Assembly: GCA_011364925.1 (NCBI GenBank)
Contig: RDOA01000005.1
Coordinates: forward strand, 56,898 to 120,897
Direction: 5' to 3'
DNA length: 64,000 nt
Source of the DNA: Promethearchaeota archaeon
GTDB taxonomy: Archaea; Asgardarchaeota; Lokiarchaeia; Sigyniarchaeales; SOKP01
Made by a program: the position numbers and the translations under genes. Under the pieces are notes generated by a model. It saw only the letters and a program-made list of their open reading frames with translations. It made no database searches and had not been told where the DNA came from. Shown here piece after piece: positions 61,959 to 64,000 of this stretch. Positions within the stretch are counted from its first letter, which is position 1; each line of letters begins with the position of its first letter.

Positions 61959-63116
61959 ATGGGTGAAAGAAGTTTTGTAACGCTGAATGGGGAGAAAATT
62001 TTTAATAACACGAATTACGGTCGTGGAAGCATCTTCAACGAGTTGCGAATCGAGGAATTCGGGCAATTTCTAGACTTAAGAGGGAGGGGAATTTCCCAAA
62101 TTGAGGATATTGAGGGATTAACGGAACTAAAGGATCTAAAAAGGCTAGATTTAGGCGTAAATAACATTGAGAAGGTTGAAGGCTTAAACGAGCTTAAGAA
62201 CCTTACGGGGTTAGACTTAAGCCGAAATAAAGTAGATTCTATAGACGAGTTAGATTTACAGAAATTAAAATCGCTATCCTTGGAACAGAATCAACTCCAA
62301 GTAATGCGCGGCTTAGACAATTTGCCCAACCTTCGAGGTCTTTCCATAAGCCACAACAGCCTCACCAAAATAGAAAGTCTTGACAATCTCTTAAAGCTTG
62401 AAAGATTGAGTCTATATGAAAATAAAATCCTTCACATTCAAGGGCTAGAGAGGTTAGAGAAGCTTAGAGATCTAGACCTTCTTAAAAATCGCATAACGAA
62501 AATTGAGGGTTTAGACAACTTAATTAATCTAAACAGGTTATATCTTTCGCATAACTCAATTTCAAGGATAGAGGGTTTAGAAAACAACCGTTTGCTTACT
62601 GAACTAAAATTGGATCACAATTCAATAACGGAAATTAAAGGCCTTGACAATCTTATGGAACTAAATTATTTGATCCTTGCTAATAACAAAATCTCTAAGA
62701 TTGAAGGGTTAGACTCGCTTTCGAAGCTTGAAATTCTCGATCTAAGTTTTAATAACATATCCAAAATCGAAAACGTGAATCATCTTACGCGTTTGATAAA
62801 TTTATTCCTCTATTATAACCGTATCAAAAGAATTGAGAACATGGAAAACCTGAATAAGCTGGAAGAACTGGACTTAGCTCATAACGCTATCACGAGCATA
62901 CCAAAAATCAACTGGCTCGAAAAACCCAATGTTCAGTACCAAATAGTTTATTTTTCTGATAATCCTCTTGAAGAAATATCCGAATTGCAAAACTTTGGTA
63001 AGGTGCTAATCTACGTAGAAGAAGACTCTAAGTACGAACAGTTACGAGATATTTACAATATTGAATATTATACTGATACTCACCACATTGTTCTTTCTCA
63101 AAAAAAGCAATTTTAA
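61959..63116 (+). CDS. SDS22-like leucine-rich repeat protein
   Basis: ~12 22-aa repeats LxxLxLxxNxIxxIEGL. Confidence 0.9.
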   Translation: MGERSFVTLNGEKIFNNTNYGRGSIFNELRIEEFGQFLDLRGRGISQIEDIEGLTELKDLKRLDLGVNNIEKVEGLNELKNLTGLDLSRNKVDSIDELDLQKLKSLSLEQNQLQVMRGLDNLPNLRGLSISHNSLTKIESLDNLLKLERLSLYENKILHIQGLERLEKLRDLDLLKNRITKIEGLDNLINLNRLYLSHNSISRIEGLENNRLLTELKLDHNSITEIKGLDNLMELNYLILANNKISKIEGLDSLSKLEILDLSFNNISKIENVNHLTRLINLFLYYNRIKRIENMENLNKLEELDLAHNAITSIPKINWLEKPNVQYQIVYFSDNPLEEISELQNFGKVLIYVEEDSKYEQLRDIYNIEYYTDTHHIVLSQKKQF

Positions 63117-63227
63117 GAATAAATTGAATAACATAAAAGTTTTTTTACCTTGAAAGGTGAAGAATATCAATAGGCAAGGTTTAATTAAGTTAGCATTAGT
63201 TTTATTAAGTAGTCGATGTAAGAAAAA

Positions 63228-63360
63228 TGGGCCTGGCAGGATTCGAACCTGCGACTTTGGGTCGATGGATATTTCCACCTGACATCCCAGTCCGAAGCCG
63301 GGTACCCCTCGGATTGTGCAATAAGTTTTCACACAATTATCCAGACTAGATTACAGGCCC
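63228..63360 (-). tRNA. tRNA-Arg(TCG) with two introns (63308-63337 at 21/22; 63256-63283 at 45/46)
   Basis: Removing two BHB-bounded inserts gives a 75-nt cloverleaf with anticodon arm CCCGG-CTTCGGA-CTGGG. Confidence 0.88.
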
Positions 63361-63472
63361 GATTTTTTCTAAACTAAATAAACGATAAGTAAAAACTGAA
63401 TGTATATTGTTATACTTTATTTCTAAAAAAATTTATCTATCTGAGTATTAACTAATAAAGTAAGCAGTCTTT

Positions 63473-63925
63473 TTATTCAGATTTATACGCGATGTAATCC
63501 ATGTATCTAAAAAATAGAGATAGAAGATTTTTTGCTTGCATTGCATCGGACGCCTCGCCCTGAATTTTGATTACACCTTTCATAAACGCATCAGCTGCTT
63601 TCATCTTTCGGGTTATGACTTTTTTCATTATAGTTTTCGTGAAAAAAAAATGAATAACGTTCAATTTCTCTGAATTTTCCTCGTAATACGAATTGTTGTA
63701 TGAAACCGACCTCCCAATCTTTTTCAGCCAAATATTATAGTCAAGATCACTAATGTAAAAGTGATATATTTTATCATCGTATAACTCTAATTCTTCTTGA
63801 AATTCTTCGGTTTCGTTTGCGATTTTTATTCCCAGTTTTATAAACTTGTCTATTGTCGGTTTAAATGTGCGATCTGACGATTCCAATGAATTCAACATCA
63901 ATATAATAGCATTCGAGTCAATCAT
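63473..63925 (-). CDS. SCP2 sterol/lipid-binding domain protein
   Basis: AADAFMKGVIKIQGE motif. Confidence 0.75.
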   Translation of the reverse strand: MIDSNAIILMLNSLESSDRTFKPTIDKFIKLGIKIANETEEFQEELELYDDKIYHFYISDLDYNIWLKKIGRSVSYNNSYYEENSEKLNVIHFFFTKTIMKKVITRKMKAADAFMKGVIKIQGEASDAMQAKNLLSLFFRYMDYIAYKSE

Positions 63926-64000
63926 TACTAAAATTTATCCCTCTAGAACTCAATTTTTAGAATTTATTACGTTCGCTTTACCAATCTATATTATGAAATA

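Noticed and set aside
61530-63230. tRNA-integrated island
   Set aside because: No integrase and no duplicated tRNA 3' end seen
63042-63332. 96-aa ORF
   Set aside because: Overlaps the intron-containing tRNA-Arg and the LRR 3' end; spurious

Overview
AT-rich archaeal chromosome window, most likely an Asgard archaeon (Lokiarchaeia-like). Evidence: roadblock/longin proteins, a Rag-family GTPase, eS26, a GET3-like ATPase, TFB, DnaG, and the archaeal S19e-L39e-L31e-aIF6-LX-prefoldin-FtsY-SecE string. It is mostly housekeeping (translation, tRNA/rRNA modification, Ni/Co ECF transport, DNA repair), with an accessory/ESP-rich right third. No CRISPR array or mobile element was seen. Features absent from the ORF track: (1) a ~300-nt structured RNA gene at ~9000-9303, built of three H/ACA-type hairpins enclosed by terminal box C and box D motifs, with one pocket matching the 23S rRNA peptidyl-transferase region; (2) at least seven genes that appear to start at ATT/ATA codons, including TFB and eS26; (3) tRNA-Arg(TCG) with two non-canonical BHB introns and tRNA-Phe with a D-loop intron; (4) eS26 and eL39. 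Candidate novel systems among the ORFs: a surface receptor-Rag GTPase-longin cluster, and a membrane GNAT plus SelO-like kinase-fold operon. All calls come from motif recognition by eye; no database search was run.
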